Shown here: piece by piece, positions 6,846-16,202 of the stretch
How the letters are laid out: the number at the start of each line of letters is the position of its first letter
Numbering within the stretch: position 1 is the first letter of the stretch
Origin: Synechococcus sp. A15-24
GTDB taxonomy: Bacteria > Cyanobacteriota > Cyanobacteriia > PCC-6307 > Cyanobiaceae
DNA: 32,000 bases
Direction of reading: 5' to 3'
Assembly: GCF_014280195.1 (NCBI RefSeq)
Contig: NZ_CP047960.1
Span: 1,380,001 to 1,412,000, forward strand
Program-made: the position numbers and the translations under genes
The notes under the pieces: generated by a model
Told to the model about the DNA's origin: nothing
Database searches by the model: none
Seen by the model: the letters and a program-made list of their open reading frames with translations, nothing else

Positions 6846-8099
6846 ATGATCGATGTGATCGGCACTGACGCAGGGGCACCGGCCTCGCTGCCCGCTGCGC
6901 AGCAAGCCCTGATTCGAGCTGCCGAACAGATCGCCGCACCGCGCCGGCTTCAGCCAGCCCTTGAAACGTGGCTGGAATGCCCGGTTCCCCTGATCGACAG
7001 CGACGACCCCCGCCATCTGGTGGAGGTGCTCAGCGCGCTCTCCGCTCAAACCAATGCGGTGGTGCTGGCCAGTGGGGACCCGCTCTGGTTCGGCATCGGC
7101 AGAATTCTGGCGGAGCGCCTCGGGCCGGAGCGGCTGCGCTTTCATCCCGCGCCCACCTGCCTGCAAATGGCCTTTGCCCGCATCGGTCGTCCCTGGCAGG
7201 ACGCCCGCTGGGTGAGCCTGCATGGACGCGATCCCGAGCCCCTGGCCCGGGAACTGCAGACGCGGCCGAGGGCCCTGGCGGTGCTCACCGATCCTGGCCG
7301 TGGCGGTGCCGACGCCGTGCGCCGCTGTCTGCGAAGCAGCGGTCTGGAGGCGAGCTATCAGCTCTGGCTGGGGGAAAACCTTGGCCATGCCGACGAACGG
7401 ATGCGGCTGATCCCGGCCGATGCCCCCCTGCCGGAGCCACTGCAGCCCTTGCTGGTGGCGCTGTTGATCGCCAAGGAACCGTCCATTCCGAACGAGAGGG
7501 CGTTGCCGTTGTTCGGTCTGGAGGATGGCCTGTACCTCCAGCACCCGGATCATCCCGGGCTGATGACCAAACGGGAGGCACGCATCCAGTTGCTGGCGGA
7601 TCTGGAGCTGCCCGATCAAGGCGTGCTCTGGGACATTGGGGCCGGCACGGGCAGCATCGGCCTGGAGGCCCTTCGCCTGCGGCCCCAGCTCAGGCTGCTG
7701 GCGGTGGAGCGCAGGGCCGGTGGGGCTGCCTTGATCCAGGCCAATGCCCAGCGGCTCAAGGTGATGCCCAGCGCCGTGGTGGAAACCGATGCGCTGAGCC
7801 TGCTGTCCGCCGACCTGCTGGACGGCCTGGACCAACCGGATCGTGTGTTGCTGGGTGGTGGCGGCCCCCATCGCGAGACGCTGCTGAAGGCCGTGCTGCA
7901 ACGGTTGCGTCCATCAGGGATCGTGGTGATTCCGCTGGCGACCCTTGAAGCGGTGGCCACACTGCGGCCGCTGCTGGAACAGTCAGGACTGACGGTGCAG
8001 CTCAATCAATTGCAGGCCTGGCGAGGCCAACCCCTCAGCAATGGCACCCGCCTGGCTCCAATGAACCCGATCCTGAGCCTGAAAGGCACAAAATCGTGA
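6846..8099 (+). CDS. cobL: Precorrin-6Y C5,15-methyltransferase (decarboxylating), CbiE/CbiT fusion type
   Basis: 417 aa. It has an MIDVIGTDAG N-terminus, a CbiE-like first half and a SAM-methyltransferase motif (VLWDIGAGTGSIGLEA) in the second half. Confidence 0.85.
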   Translation: MIDVIGTDAGAPASLPAAQQALIRAAEQIAAPRRLQPALETWLECPVPLIDSDDPRHLVEVLSALSAQTNAVVLASGDPLWFGIGRILAERLGPERLRFHPAPTCLQMAFARIGRPWQDARWVSLHGRDPEPLARELQTRPRALAVLTDPGRGGADAVRRCLRSSGLEASYQLWLGENLGHADERMRLIPADAPLPEPLQPLLVALLIAKEPSIPNERALPLFGLEDGLYLQHPDHPGLMTKREARIQLLADLELPDQGVLWDIGAGTGSIGLEALRLRPQLRLLAVERRAGGAALIQANAQRLKVMPSAVVETDALSLLSADLLDGLDQPDRVLLGGGGPHRETLLKAVLQRLRPSGIVVIPLATLEAVATLRPLLEQSGLTVQLNQLQAWRGQPLSNGTRLAPMNPILSLKGTKS

Positions 8100-8115
8100 C
8101 AAACACGTTTATTCA

Positions 8116-8520
8116 TTAAGACGATATCGTCTCAATCTGGACTGGATCGCCAGGGCGAATGCCCAGGCGACGGGCCTCCCCGGCCCGCAACTCCACCACC
8201 CCATCACTGGAATCCGCCGGGCCGTAGCTGGGGCAAGGCAGCTTCGGACAAACCGGAACATCAGCCGCAATGGCCATCACCCGGTTGCCCCGCAGAAACA
8301 GCATGTCCAGCGGCGCCAGGGTGTTGAGCATCCAGAAGCTCAGCGGCCTGGGAGAGTCAAAGGGAAACCACATGCCCCGCAGCGGCGGCAGGGCCGGCCT
8401 CTGCATCAGACCGATCTGCTGCTGCTGTGGGGTGCGGGCTACCTCCAGGGCGATGCAGCGCCGGTCTTCCAGGCACCATTGCGCGGTGACGGGCAGCTGC
8501 TGCGGTGCCGGTAGATCCAT
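8116..8520 (-). CDS. DUF192-family protein
   Basis: The ...GLMQRPALPPLRGMWFPF...FWMLNTLAPLDMLFL... pattern is typical of DUF192. I chose the ATG at 8518-8520, 2 nt after the regulator's TGA. The longer track ORF (to 8670) would overlap the regulator gene. Confidence 0.7.
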   Translation of the reverse strand: MDLPAPQQLPVTAQWCLEDRRCIALEVARTPQQQQIGLMQRPALPPLRGMWFPFDSPRPLSFWMLNTLAPLDMLFLRGNRVMAIAADVPVCPKLPCPSYGPADSSDGVVELRAGEARRLGIRPGDPVQIETISS

Positions 8521-8522
8521 GT

Positions 8523-9200
8523 TCAGCCTTCCCCGACGACAGGACCGAGGCTGTAGCCACGACCGCGCACCGTCAACAGCAACCGCGATTCGCCGTCGGC
8601 TTCCAGCTTCTGGCGCAGATAACGCACATACACCTCCACAACATTGCTGCTGGCCCGTTCGTCCTGCCAAACCTCCTGCAGCAACTGCTCACGGCTGAAC
8701 ACCTGCCCAGGCGACCGCATCAATACCAGCAGCAAGGCGAACTCACGGGCCGTGAGGGCCACGGTGCGGCCGGCCCGTCGCACCTGACGGGTGGCGCGAT
8801 CAAGACTGAGATCACCCAGTTCCAGCAACGTCGGCCGATGACCCAGGCGGGCCTGGACGGTGCGATGCAACCGCAGGCGGAGCAGCAGATCACTGGGACC
8901 AATGGACGACAGCCAGAAGTCATCCGCCCCGGCGCAAAGGCAGGCCGCCCTGGCATCAACGCTGTCCTGTTTCAGATCCAGAAGGATCGGCATCCCCCGG
9001 AAGCGCTGACGCAGGTCCCGCACCTTGGCGGCCTGATCAGCAGCCAGCACCGCCGCTAGCGGCTCCTCACCCACCTGCGCCGTGCTGGAGGCCACACCGG
9101 CACTGAGCCAATCCACTGTGCTGTAGCCCGATGCCGCCAGCCGTGGAGCCAGAGCCACCGCTGACGCTCCCACCAACAGCAGAAGCGGCTCAGCGGTCAT
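8523..9200 (-). CDS. OmpR/PhoB-family response regulator with degenerate receiver domain
   Basis: The C-terminal winged-helix pattern is clear ([30 protein letters not shown]...[13 protein letters not shown]...TVRGRGYSL). The N-terminal receiver lacks the usual acidic pair and the K-P motif. Its ATG overlaps the nadK TGA in an ATGA arrangement at 9197-9200. Confidence 0.8.
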   Translation of the reverse strand: MTAEPLLLLVGASAVALAPRLAASGYSTVDWLSAGVASSTAQVGEEPLAAVLAADQAAKVRDLRQRFRGMPILLDLKQDSVDARAACLCAGADDFWLSSIGPSDLLLRLRLHRTVQARLGHRPTLLELGDLSLDRATRQVRRAGRTVALTAREFALLLVLMRSPGQVFSREQLLQEVWQDERASSNVVEVYVRYLRQKLEADGESRLLLTVRGRGYSLGPVVGEG

Positions 9201-10105
9201 CCCTTATCTGGCTTAGCGATGTGCGGCAGGCCCCAACCCAGCTTGTTGCGCAGCACCTGGAAGAACTCATGATCCACCAACCGCACGAAACGCACCGGGT
9301 GTTCACTGCGGCGAATCAGAACGCGGTCCTCAGGCCAGACATAGCAACCAGCACTGCCATCCACCACCATCATCAGACGTTCAGGAGTCGCCGGGAACAC
9401 CGTCACCGGTTCACGGTCGCTGAACACCAGCGCGCGGGAGGCCAGGGAATGGGGAGCGATCGGCGTCAGCTGCAGCACCGGACAATCGGGTGAAATCACC
9501 GGACCGCCGGCACTGAGGGCATAGGCCGTCGAGCCGGTGGGAGTGGAGAGGATCACGCCATCGGCGGCGATGTCCACTGGCGCATGACGCCCGATGGCGA
9601 TCTCGAAGTGACACATGCTGGTGAGCGGCTCCCGGTGCAGTGCCATCTCGTTGAGCGACAGGGCTTCCCAGCGGCGCTGGTCCCCTCGCATCACACTCAC
9701 CACCAGGTTGCTGCGCTCCTCGATCGTCCACTGCTCGGTGAGCACCACCTCCAGTGCCCGGTCGAGATCGCCGAGGTAAGCCTCCGCCAGAAAGCCCAGA
9801 TGGCCGGTGTTGATGGTCAGGATCGGAACCCCCACCGGTGCGGTCTGCCGCGCTGCCGACAGCACCGTGCCGTCACCGCCCAGCACGATCGCCAGGGCAA
9901 TGCTGCTGTTGAACCCCTCCGGCACGCAGGCGCTGTAGCCCAGCAAGCGGAGATGCTGATCCGGATTAGCGAAGCCCACCATGCCACCGGAACTACTGGC
10001 GCGAACCACCGCGTGGCCAGCCAGCTCCAACCGTTGCTGAATGGTGTCCGCCGTCTGCACCGCCAGCGGCTTGCCGTCATTCACGATCAGTCCGATCCGG
10101 GGCAC
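9197..10105 (-). CDS. nadK: NAD+ kinase
   Basis: 302 aa, with the GGDGT motif ([13 protein letters not shown]) and NTGHLGFL, both typical of NAD kinases. Confidence 0.9.
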   Translation of the reverse strand: MPRIGLIVNDGKPLAVQTADTIQQRLELAGHAVVRASSSGGMVGFANPDQHLRLLGYSACVPEGFNSSIALAIVLGGDGTVLSAARQTAPVGVPILTINTGHLGFLAEAYLGDLDRALEVVLTEQWTIEERSNLVVSVMRGDQRRWEALSLNEMALHREPLTSMCHFEIAIGRHAPVDIAADGVILSTPTGSTAYALSAGGPVISPDCPVLQLTPIAPHSLASRALVFSDREPVTVFPATPERLMMVVDGSAGCYVWPEDRVLIRRSEHPVRFVRLVDHEFFQVLRNKLGWGLPHIAKPDKG

Positions 10106-10142
10106 TGACCGCTACAGCTAAGACGTGTTCAGCTTATGGGAG

Positions 10143-11150
10143 TCAGAACTGTTCGAGGAAGCGCAGATCGCTTGTGTAAAGCCGGCGGATGTCGTCAATG
10201 CCGTGACGGACCATGCAGAAGCGTTCAACCCCCAGACCAGCCGCAAAGCCGCTATAGCGCTCGGGATCGAGGCCCAGACCCTCCAGTACAGCGGGATCGA
10301 CCATTCCACAGCCCATCACCTCCAACCAACGCCCCCGCCACTGCACGTCCACCTCGGCTGAAGGCTCCGTGAAGGGGAAGTAACTGGCCCGGAAGCGCAC
10401 CGGCAGGTCGCCGAAGAAAGCCTTGAGGAAGGCCATCACCGTGCCGCGCAGGTGGCTGAAGTCGAGTCCCTCATCAATGGCCAGCACCTCCACCTGATGG
10501 AACACCGGCGAGTGGGTTGCATCGACGGCATCGCGTCGATACACCCGTCCAGGGGCGACGATGCGCACCGGTGGCGGGTTCTGCTCCAGGTGGCGGATCT
10601 GCACCGGTGAGGTGTGGGTCCGCAGCAGCAGATCACCCTTCAGATAAAAGGTGTCCTGCATGTCCCGGGCCGGATGGTCCTCGGGAATGTTCAGCGCCGT
10701 AAAGTTGTAGTGGTCCTTCTCCACCTCGGGCCCTTCGGCCACGCTGTAACCGAGGCCGAGAAAAAGATCGACGATCTCCTCGGTGGTGGTGATCAAGGGG
10801 TGGCGGTGCCCCATCGGGATCCCCGACGCCGGCGCCGTCACATCAATGCTTTCGCGGGCGATGCGTTCCGCCATCGCAGCCTGCTTCACCGCCGCAAGAC
10901 GCTCAGCCAGCAGGCTCTGCACCTGGGTTTTGAGCACATTGGCCCGCTGACCCACCAGCGGGCGTTCACTGCCAGGCAGCTTGCCCATGGCCCCGAGCAC
11001 CCCAGAGATCCGTCCTTTTTTGCCTAGCAGACCCACCCGCAGTTGTTCGAGGGCCGCGGCATCGGACGCCTCGAAGATTTCGGTTGTGGCCTGCTGCTCG
11101 AGCGCATCCAGCTGATCGGTGAGCTGCTGCAGGGTGACCGGGGCGCTCAC
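10143..11150 (-). CDS. pheS: Phenylalanine--tRNA ligase alpha subunit
   Basis: Class II aaRS motifs are present (...[17 protein letters not shown]..., ...[17 protein letters not shown]..., GCGMVDP). I chose the GTG start at 11148-11150, giving 335 aa. The longer track ORF (to 11519) runs into the surE gene. Confidence 0.9.
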   Translation of the reverse strand: MSAPVTLQQLTDQLDALEQQATTEIFEASDAAALEQLRVGLLGKKGRISGVLGAMGKLPGSERPLVGQRANVLKTQVQSLLAERLAAVKQAAMAERIARESIDVTAPASGIPMGHRHPLITTTEEIVDLFLGLGYSVAEGPEVEKDHYNFTALNIPEDHPARDMQDTFYLKGDLLLRTHTSPVQIRHLEQNPPPVRIVAPGRVYRRDAVDATHSPVFHQVEVLAIDEGLDFSHLRGTVMAFLKAFFGDLPVRFRASYFPFTEPSAEVDVQWRGRWLEVMGCGMVDPAVLEGLGLDPERYSGFAAGLGVERFCMVRHGIDDIRRLYTSDLRFLEQF

Positions 11151-11222
11151 GGGCCTGTGGCGAAAGGCAGCTGACTGTAAGCAGCCAGCCCGCTTAGGTT
11201 CCCCCCACCCACCAGCCAAGCC

Positions 11223-12023
11223 ATGCGGGTCCTGATCAGCAATGACGATGGCGTCTTCGCCGAAGGCATCCGCACCCTGGCGGCGGCTGCCGTCGCCCGC
11301 GGCCACGACGTCACCGTGGTCTGCCCGGATCAGGAGCGCTCCGCCACCGGCCATGGCCTCACGCTGCAGACCCCCATCCGGGCGGAGCGGGCCGATGAAC
11401 TGTTCGTTCCTGGCGTGACCGCCTGGGCCTGCTCCGGCACACCGGCGGATTGCATGAAGCTGGCCCTGTTCGAACTGGTGAAGGACAAACCTGATCTGGT
11501 GCTCTCCGGCATCAACCACGGCCCCAACCTGGGCACCGATGTGTTCTGCTCCGGCACCGTCGCTGCGGCGATGGAAGGCACCCTGGAGGGCATCCCATCA
11601 ATGGCGATCAGCAGCGCCTGCTTCCAGTGGCGGCAGTTCCAGGCCGGCGCCGAACTGGCGGTGGAGATCGCCGAACAGGCCTTGGCGGATCAATGGCCGG
11701 AGAACCTGCTACTCAACCTCAACATCCCCCCCTGCAATCGGGACGCCATGGGCCCGCTGCGCTGGACCCGCCTGTCGATCCGCCGCTATGACGAGCAGTT
11801 CAGTTCCAGGGTGGACCCGCGGGGTCGGGCCTATTACTGGCTGGCCGGTGAAGTGGTGAACGACCTGGAGTCTGCCGGTGAAGGTCCGCGGGACTGGCCC
11901 AGCGATGTGGCTCAGATCCATGCCAACAGTCCATCCCTCACCCCGATCCAACCCGATCTGTTCTGGCGGGGATCCCTCAGTGGACTGCCGCAGCTGAAGC
12001 TGAAGGATCAGCTGGTGCGATAG
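11223..12023 (+). CDS. surE: 5'/3'-nucleotidase SurE
   Basis: Starts [11 protein letters not shown]... and contains GINHGPNLG. 266 aa. Stop is TAG at 12021-12023. Confidence 0.9.
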   Translation: MRVLISNDDGVFAEGIRTLAAAAVARGHDVTVVCPDQERSATGHGLTLQTPIRAERADELFVPGVTAWACSGTPADCMKLALFELVKDKPDLVLSGINHGPNLGTDVFCSGTVAAAMEGTLEGIPSMAISSACFQWRQFQAGAELAVEIAEQALADQWPENLLLNLNIPPCNRDAMGPLRWTRLSIRRYDEQFSSRVDPRGRAYYWLAGEVVNDLESAGEGPRDWPSDVAQIHANSPSLTPIQPDLFWRGSLSGLPQLKLKDQLVR

Positions 12024-12568
12024 ATCCGCTGCAGCAGCCACAGTGAGAACAGCAGGCCGATCAAGTGGGCGAACAGCACCTGGGTGTTGCTGAGCACTGA
12101 CAGCATCTCCAGGGAGGTGATGGCCAGGTTATCCGCCATGCCACGACCTCCGATGGCGATGCCGGGGGTCTGCATCGACGCCTGCACAAACAGGCTGCCG
12201 GCAAGGGCCTGATAGCCGATGGCCGCGAACACGAGACCTAGCAGGTCTGCGATCAACCCCCGTTTGATCAAACGAGCGGTTTCCCTGCGACTTGGCCTGG
12301 CGCCGCTGTCGATCGCACGACCGGTGCGCACGATCAACCAGCCCTGCCACAGGCTGTAGAGCAGCACCAGGAAAGCCAGGGTCGTCAGAGAGAGGCCAGG
12401 GCCAAGGCCGACGGCGCGCTCTGCGTTACGGGCCAGGCTGCTACCCACGTTGTTGAACAGCAGCACCCCCACCACCACGATGCCGAGCACCACTTGAATC
12501 CAGAAGCGGATCCAGCCCATGCGACGCACACCGAAGGACAGCTGCTGGAAATCAAGGCGATCCGCCAT
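12008..12568 (-). CDS. DUF3611-family membrane protein
   Basis: 186 aa from the ATG at 12566-12568, with four predicted hydrophobic segments and an [26 protein letters not shown]-terminus. It overlaps the surE 3' end by 16 nt (convergent). Confidence 0.7.
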   Translation of the reverse strand: MADRLDFQQLSFGVRRMGWIRFWIQVVLGIVVVGVLLFNNVGSSLARNAERAVGLGPGLSLTTLAFLVLLYSLWQGWLIVRTGRAIDSGARPSRRETARLIKRGLIADLLGLVFAAIGYQALAGSLFVQASMQTPGIAIGGRGMADNLAITSLEMLSVLSNTQVLFAHLIGLLFSLWLLQRIYRTS

Positions 12569-12624
12569 GGCTGGGGGGTCAGTCGTCCAAACTTGCCACC
12601 AAAGCGCACCGTCTGCACCCCGCG

Positions 12625-13554
12625 TTGATCCCCCTTTGTTCGCCACAGGACGCCCGCAGGCCGACCGCTCTGGCACTGGGCAGTTTTGATGGGCTGCATG
12701 CCGGCCACCGCCGTGTGATCGGCCAGGCCATCGCGGGTGCCTCTGCGGTGCCCACGGTGGTGAGCTTCTGGCCCCACCCGCGGGAGGTGCTGTTCGGTGA
12801 AGCCCGACTGCGGCTGGATCTGCCCAGCGAAAAGCTGGAGCTGCTGCAGCCGCTGGGCATTGAGCAGCTGGTGCTGGTTCCCTTCACCCCGGAGCTGGCC
12901 CAGCTGAGTGCAGAAGCGTTCGTCAACACCGTGCTGCTGGAGACCCTGCAGGCGCAGCGGATCGTCGTGGGGGCCAACTTCCGCTTCGGCTACAAGCGCA
13001 GTGGAGACGCTGACCTACTCCGCCAGGTGGCCGCGGCCCGGGGGGTGGAGGTGCTGTTGACGGAGATCGTGGAGGACGCCAACGGACGGATGAGCAGCAG
13101 CCGTATCCGCGCTGCTCTGGACACCGGCGATCTGGACACCGCCAAGTCCCTGCTAGGCCGTCCCTACCGTTTCCGCGGTCGGGTGGTGCGGGGCCGTGGT
13201 CTGGGTCGCGAACTGGGCTGGCCCACCGCCAATCTGCAGGTGGACGGCCGCAAGTTCCTGCCGGCACTGGGGGTATATGCCGCCTGGGCCTGGGTGGACA
13301 GCGGGGATCAGCCCCTGGCCGCCGTGATGAATCTGGGTCCGCAACCGACGGTGGATCCCACCTCCCCCTCGGCTGTGGAGGTGCACCTGCTGGACCGCAC
13401 GATCGAATTGGAGGGCCGCCAGCTGACGGTGGAACCCGTGCAGCGGCTCCGCGGTCAGCAGCGGTTCAGCGGACTGGAGGAACTCAGTGCTCAGATCGGC
13501 CGAGATGCCGACCAGGCCCGGTCGCTGCTGTCGGTTCAGACCGGTGTTGGGTAA
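12625..13554 (+). CDS. ribF: Bifunctional riboflavin kinase / FMN adenylyltransferase
   Basis: Contains ALGSFDGLHAGHRRVI (FAD synthetase) and, in the C-terminal half, ...GRGLGRELGWPTANL... (riboflavin kinase). The apparent start is TTG at 12625, so the start is uncertain. Confidence 0.85.
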   Translation: MIPLCSPQDARRPTALALGSFDGLHAGHRRVIGQAIAGASAVPTVVSFWPHPREVLFGEARLRLDLPSEKLELLQPLGIEQLVLVPFTPELAQLSAEAFVNTVLLETLQAQRIVVGANFRFGYKRSGDADLLRQVAAARGVEVLLTEIVEDANGRMSSSRIRAALDTGDLDTAKSLLGRPYRFRGRVVRGRGLGRELGWPTANLQVDGRKFLPALGVYAAWAWVDSGDQPLAAVMNLGPQPTVDPTSPSAVEVHLLDRTIELEGRQLTVEPVQRLRGQQRFSGLEELSAQIGRDADQARSLLSVQTGVG

Positions 13555-13628
13555 GCGTTGGCCAGGCCCCAGACGATGAACACGCCGATTCCCCCCAGCA
13601 ACACGATGCCCCACACAAGAACGTGCAT
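13536..13628 (-). CDS. Candidate 30-aa single-pass membrane peptide (not in ORF track)
   Basis: Hand translation gives ATG...TGA encoding MHVLVWGIVLLGGIGVFIVWGLANAYPTPV. The peptide has a hydrophobic core and mostly G/C-ending codons, like the core genes. It sits in the ribF/thiE spacer. Confidence 0.35.
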   Translation of the reverse strand: MHVLVWGIVLLGGIGVFIVWGLANAYPTPV

Positions 13629-13697
13629 GGGACTGTCAGATCCACCGTTCTCCATGACTCAAGGGAGTGCGATCCTCCAAAGGGTGCCACGAATCTG

Positions 13698-14747
13698 ATG
13701 GGTTGCGAGTCGTCCTTGGATCCCCGTGTGGCAAGGCTGATCGATGCCAATCTCGATCGAGCCCGCGAAGGGCTGAGGGTCGTTGAGGACTGGTGCCGTT
13801 TCGGACTGGAGCGGGATGACCTGGTGATCAGCCTCAAGGATTGGCGTCAGCGACTCGGCAAGCTGCATCAGGAGCGCTACAAGCGAGCCCGCTCCACCGT
13901 CACCGACCCTGGTGCGGGCATGGAGCATCCGGCGCAGCTCGACCGTCACAGCCCCCGGCAAGTCGTGGAGGCCAACTGCGGCCGGGTGCAGGAAGCCCTA
14001 AGAGTGCTGGAGGAATACGGGCGCAACGTGGATGCCCCTCTGTCCGCTGAGGCCGCCGCCATCCGCTACGGCCTTTACGACCTGGAGGTGACCTGCCTCA
14101 CAGCGACCAGCGGCAACAACCGTCGGAACCGGTTGGAGGACTGCCAGCTCTGCCTGATCACCAGCCCATGCCCTGACTTGGTCGATCGTGTGACAGCTGC
14201 TCTGCGCAGCGGTGTGGCCATGGTTCAGCACCGCTGTAAATCCGGAAGCGACCTGGAACGACTGGCGGAAGCCAGAACCCTGGCTGCTCTCTGCCGTGAT
14301 CACGGCGCTCTGTTGATCATCAACGACCGGATTGATCTGGCCCTGGCCGTGGATGCCGACGGCGTTCATCTGGGTCAGGACGACCTGCCCACTGATGTGG
14401 CCCGTGGCTTGATCGGCCCCGGACGTCTCCTCGGACGCAGCACCCATTCCCTGAACCAGGTAGCGGAAGCACACCGCGAGGAATGCGACTACCTGGGTCT
14501 TGGTCCCGTCAACAACACCGCCGTGAAGCCGGAGCGGCCGGCCATCGGCGCTGCCTTGGTGGGTGAAGCGCTGGCCATCACGCACAAGCCGGTGTTCGCC
14601 ATCGGTGGCATCACCCAGGCCAACCTTGATGCGCTCATGGCAGTGGGGTGCCGGCGCGTGGCGGTGATCGGAGCGATCATGGGAGCTGACAATCCCGAAA
14701 AGGCCAGTCAGAACCTGCTTAGCAGCCTGTCGCGCCCAACCCTTTAA
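13698..14747 (+). CDS. thiE: Thiamine-phosphate synthase (long cyanobacterial form with N-terminal extension)
   Basis: The C-terminal ~210 aa have ThiE motifs (LINDRIDLALAVDADGVHLGQDDLP, YLGLGPV, PVFAIGGI). I chose the ATG at 13698 rather than the GTG at 13623. Confidence 0.85.
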   Translation: MGCESSLDPRVARLIDANLDRAREGLRVVEDWCRFGLERDDLVISLKDWRQRLGKLHQERYKRARSTVTDPGAGMEHPAQLDRHSPRQVVEANCGRVQEALRVLEEYGRNVDAPLSAEAAAIRYGLYDLEVTCLTATSGNNRRNRLEDCQLCLITSPCPDLVDRVTAALRSGVAMVQHRCKSGSDLERLAEARTLAALCRDHGALLIINDRIDLALAVDADGVHLGQDDLPTDVARGLIGPGRLLGRSTHSLNQVAEAHREECDYLGLGPVNNTAVKPERPAIGAALVGEALAITHKPVFAIGGITQANLDALMAVGCRRVAVIGAIMGADNPEKASQNLLSSLSRPTL

Positions 14748-14750
14748 TCC

Positions 14751-14969
14751 ATGGCTCTGAAGCTCACAGTCAATGGCGAAGTCCGCTGCCTGGACCCTGA
14801 GCCGATGCCTCCAACCCTCGAAGCGGTGATCACCGCCTTGGGACATAACCCCCAGCTGGTGGTGGCAGAGCACAACGGTGTGATCGCGCCCTGTGGTGGC
14901 TGGGCCAGCACAACAGTGGGTGAAGGCGACAGCTTGGAGATCGTCACCATCGTTGGAGGTGGTTCCTAG
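14751..14969 (+). CDS. thiS: Sulfur-carrier protein ThiS
   Basis: 72 aa starting 4 nt after thiE. Beta-grasp-like sequence that ends ...LEIVTIVGGGS. Stop is TAG. Confidence 0.8.
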   Translation: MALKLTVNGEVRCLDPEPMPPTLEAVITALGHNPQLVVAEHNGVIAPCGGWASTTVGEGDSLEIVTIVGGGS

Positions 14970-14995
14970 AGTCGATTCAGCAATAGTTCGTCGTT

Positions 14996-15943
14996 TTGAT
15001 CGCTCGGAAGCAAACCTGGACCCGCCGGTTGTTGGCCACCGTTCTGGTGCCACTGGTGGTGTTCGGCTTCGGGTTGATCAGTGCCCAACCGGCCGATGCC
15101 GCCCGCGGTGGTCGGATGGGGGGCGGCAGCTTCCGAGCACCATCGATGCCACGCACCGGTGGCCGCAGCTACGGCGGTGGTTATGGCGGTGGCATGCGCG
15201 GAGGTGGCTACCGCGGCGGTGGCTTCGGCTTCCCGTTCATCATTCCGATCTTCGGATTCGGCGGCGGTGGACTGTTCGGCCTGCTGATCCTGATGGCCGT
15301 GGCTGGGGTTCTGGTTAACGCCGTTCGCGGTGGTGGCGGCGCCCCTGCCATTGGTGGAGGTTCGCCAATGCCGGCGGTCCCCAGCAAAGTCAACATGCTT
15401 CAGGTGCAGGTGGGGATGCTGGCCAGCGCCAAGTCGCTACAGGAGGACCTGCGCCGACTGGCGGTCTCCTCCGACACCTCCAGCTCCAGTGGCCTGCAGC
15501 GGCTGTTGCAGGAATCCACATTGGCCTTGCTGCGCCAGCCTGAGCTTTGGGTCTACGCCAATGCAGAGAGCGGCAGTGTGCCGTTCAGCAGCGCGGAATC
15601 CACGTTCAATCGGCTGTCGATGAACGAGCGCAGTAAGCTCGATGCCGAACTCACCAGCAATGTCGGCGGACAGAAGCTCAGCGGCGGGACCACCGAGAAA
15701 GTGGGCGATGCGGATGCCACCAATGAATTCATTGTGGTCACCCTGCTGGTGGCATCCACCGCAACGGCCAGCCTCAAGGGAGCCAGCACCGGTGAGGACC
15801 TACGCCAGACGCTGCGCATCCTCGGTTCAACGGCGTCCTCGGAACTGATGGCGCTTGAGGTGATCTGGCAACCGGAGGGCCGCGGCGATGTCCTCAGCGC
15901 CGAGGAACTTCTCACTGCCTACCCGAACTTGCAGCATCTCTGA
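14996..15943 (+). CDS. DUF1517-family membrane protein with Gly-rich region
   Basis: A signal/anchor segment (LLATVLVPLVVFGFGLISAQPADA) is followed by the Gly-rich stretch GGGYGGGMRGGGYRGGGFGF, a TM helix and a C-terminal domain. The apparent start is TTG at 14996 (uncertain). Confidence 0.7.
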   Translation: MIARKQTWTRRLLATVLVPLVVFGFGLISAQPADAARGGRMGGGSFRAPSMPRTGGRSYGGGYGGGMRGGGYRGGGFGFPFIIPIFGFGGGGLFGLLILMAVAGVLVNAVRGGGGAPAIGGGSPMPAVPSKVNMLQVQVGMLASAKSLQEDLRRLAVSSDTSSSSGLQRLLQESTLALLRQPELWVYANAESGSVPFSSAESTFNRLSMNERSKLDAELTSNVGGQKLSGGTTEKVGDADATNEFIVVTLLVASTATASLKGASTGEDLRQTLRILGSTASSELMALEVIWQPEGRGDVLSAEELLTAYPNLQHL

Positions 15944-16061
15944 GGATCTGAAGATTTTCTTCCGCAGATCGAGCGCAATATGAGCACTTTTCCTCAGGAT
16001 CAACACCTAGTTTTCGATTAAGCACATTTGTTCGAATTCATTGACTCCCGATCCACGCGCA

Positions 16062-16199
16062 ATGGAATGGCAACAGGATGGGGAGCTGTCACGATCCGAT
16101 TGGAGTGCTCTGATGAGCACACTGCAGCAGGTGGAAACCGATCACAACTCCGCTGAATTGGAGCGATTGGGAGATTTCAACGGCGGCCAGGCAGGCTGA
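16062..16199 (+). CDS. Candidate 45-aa acidic ORF (not in ORF track)
   Basis: Hand translation gives MEWQQDGELSRSDWSALMSTLQQVETDHNSAELERLGDFNGGQAG followed by TGA. It lies in a 259-bp lower-GC spacer, convergent with larB. Confidence 0.3.
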   Translation: MEWQQDGELSRSDWSALMSTLQQVETDHNSAELERLGDFNGGQAG

Positions 16200-16202
16200 C
16201 CA

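Noticed and set aside
6813-7901. Upstream 360 codons of the 548-aa minus-strand ORF 6255-7901
   Set aside because: It lies entirely antisense to the well-supported cobL gene, and its Gln/Arg/Gly/Pro-rich composition is typical of high-GC antisense frames. Only the portion downstream of the ATG at 6810-6812 is sulfotransferase-like.
8521-8670. N-terminal extensions offered by the ORF track for DUF192 (to 8670), pheS (to 11519), DUF3611 (to 12676), the 134-aa protein (to 17524), BI-1 (to 22365) and rpsP (to 23760)
   Set aside because: Each extension overlaps the neighbouring well-supported gene, and a downstream ATG or GTG gives the canonical family N-terminus and length.
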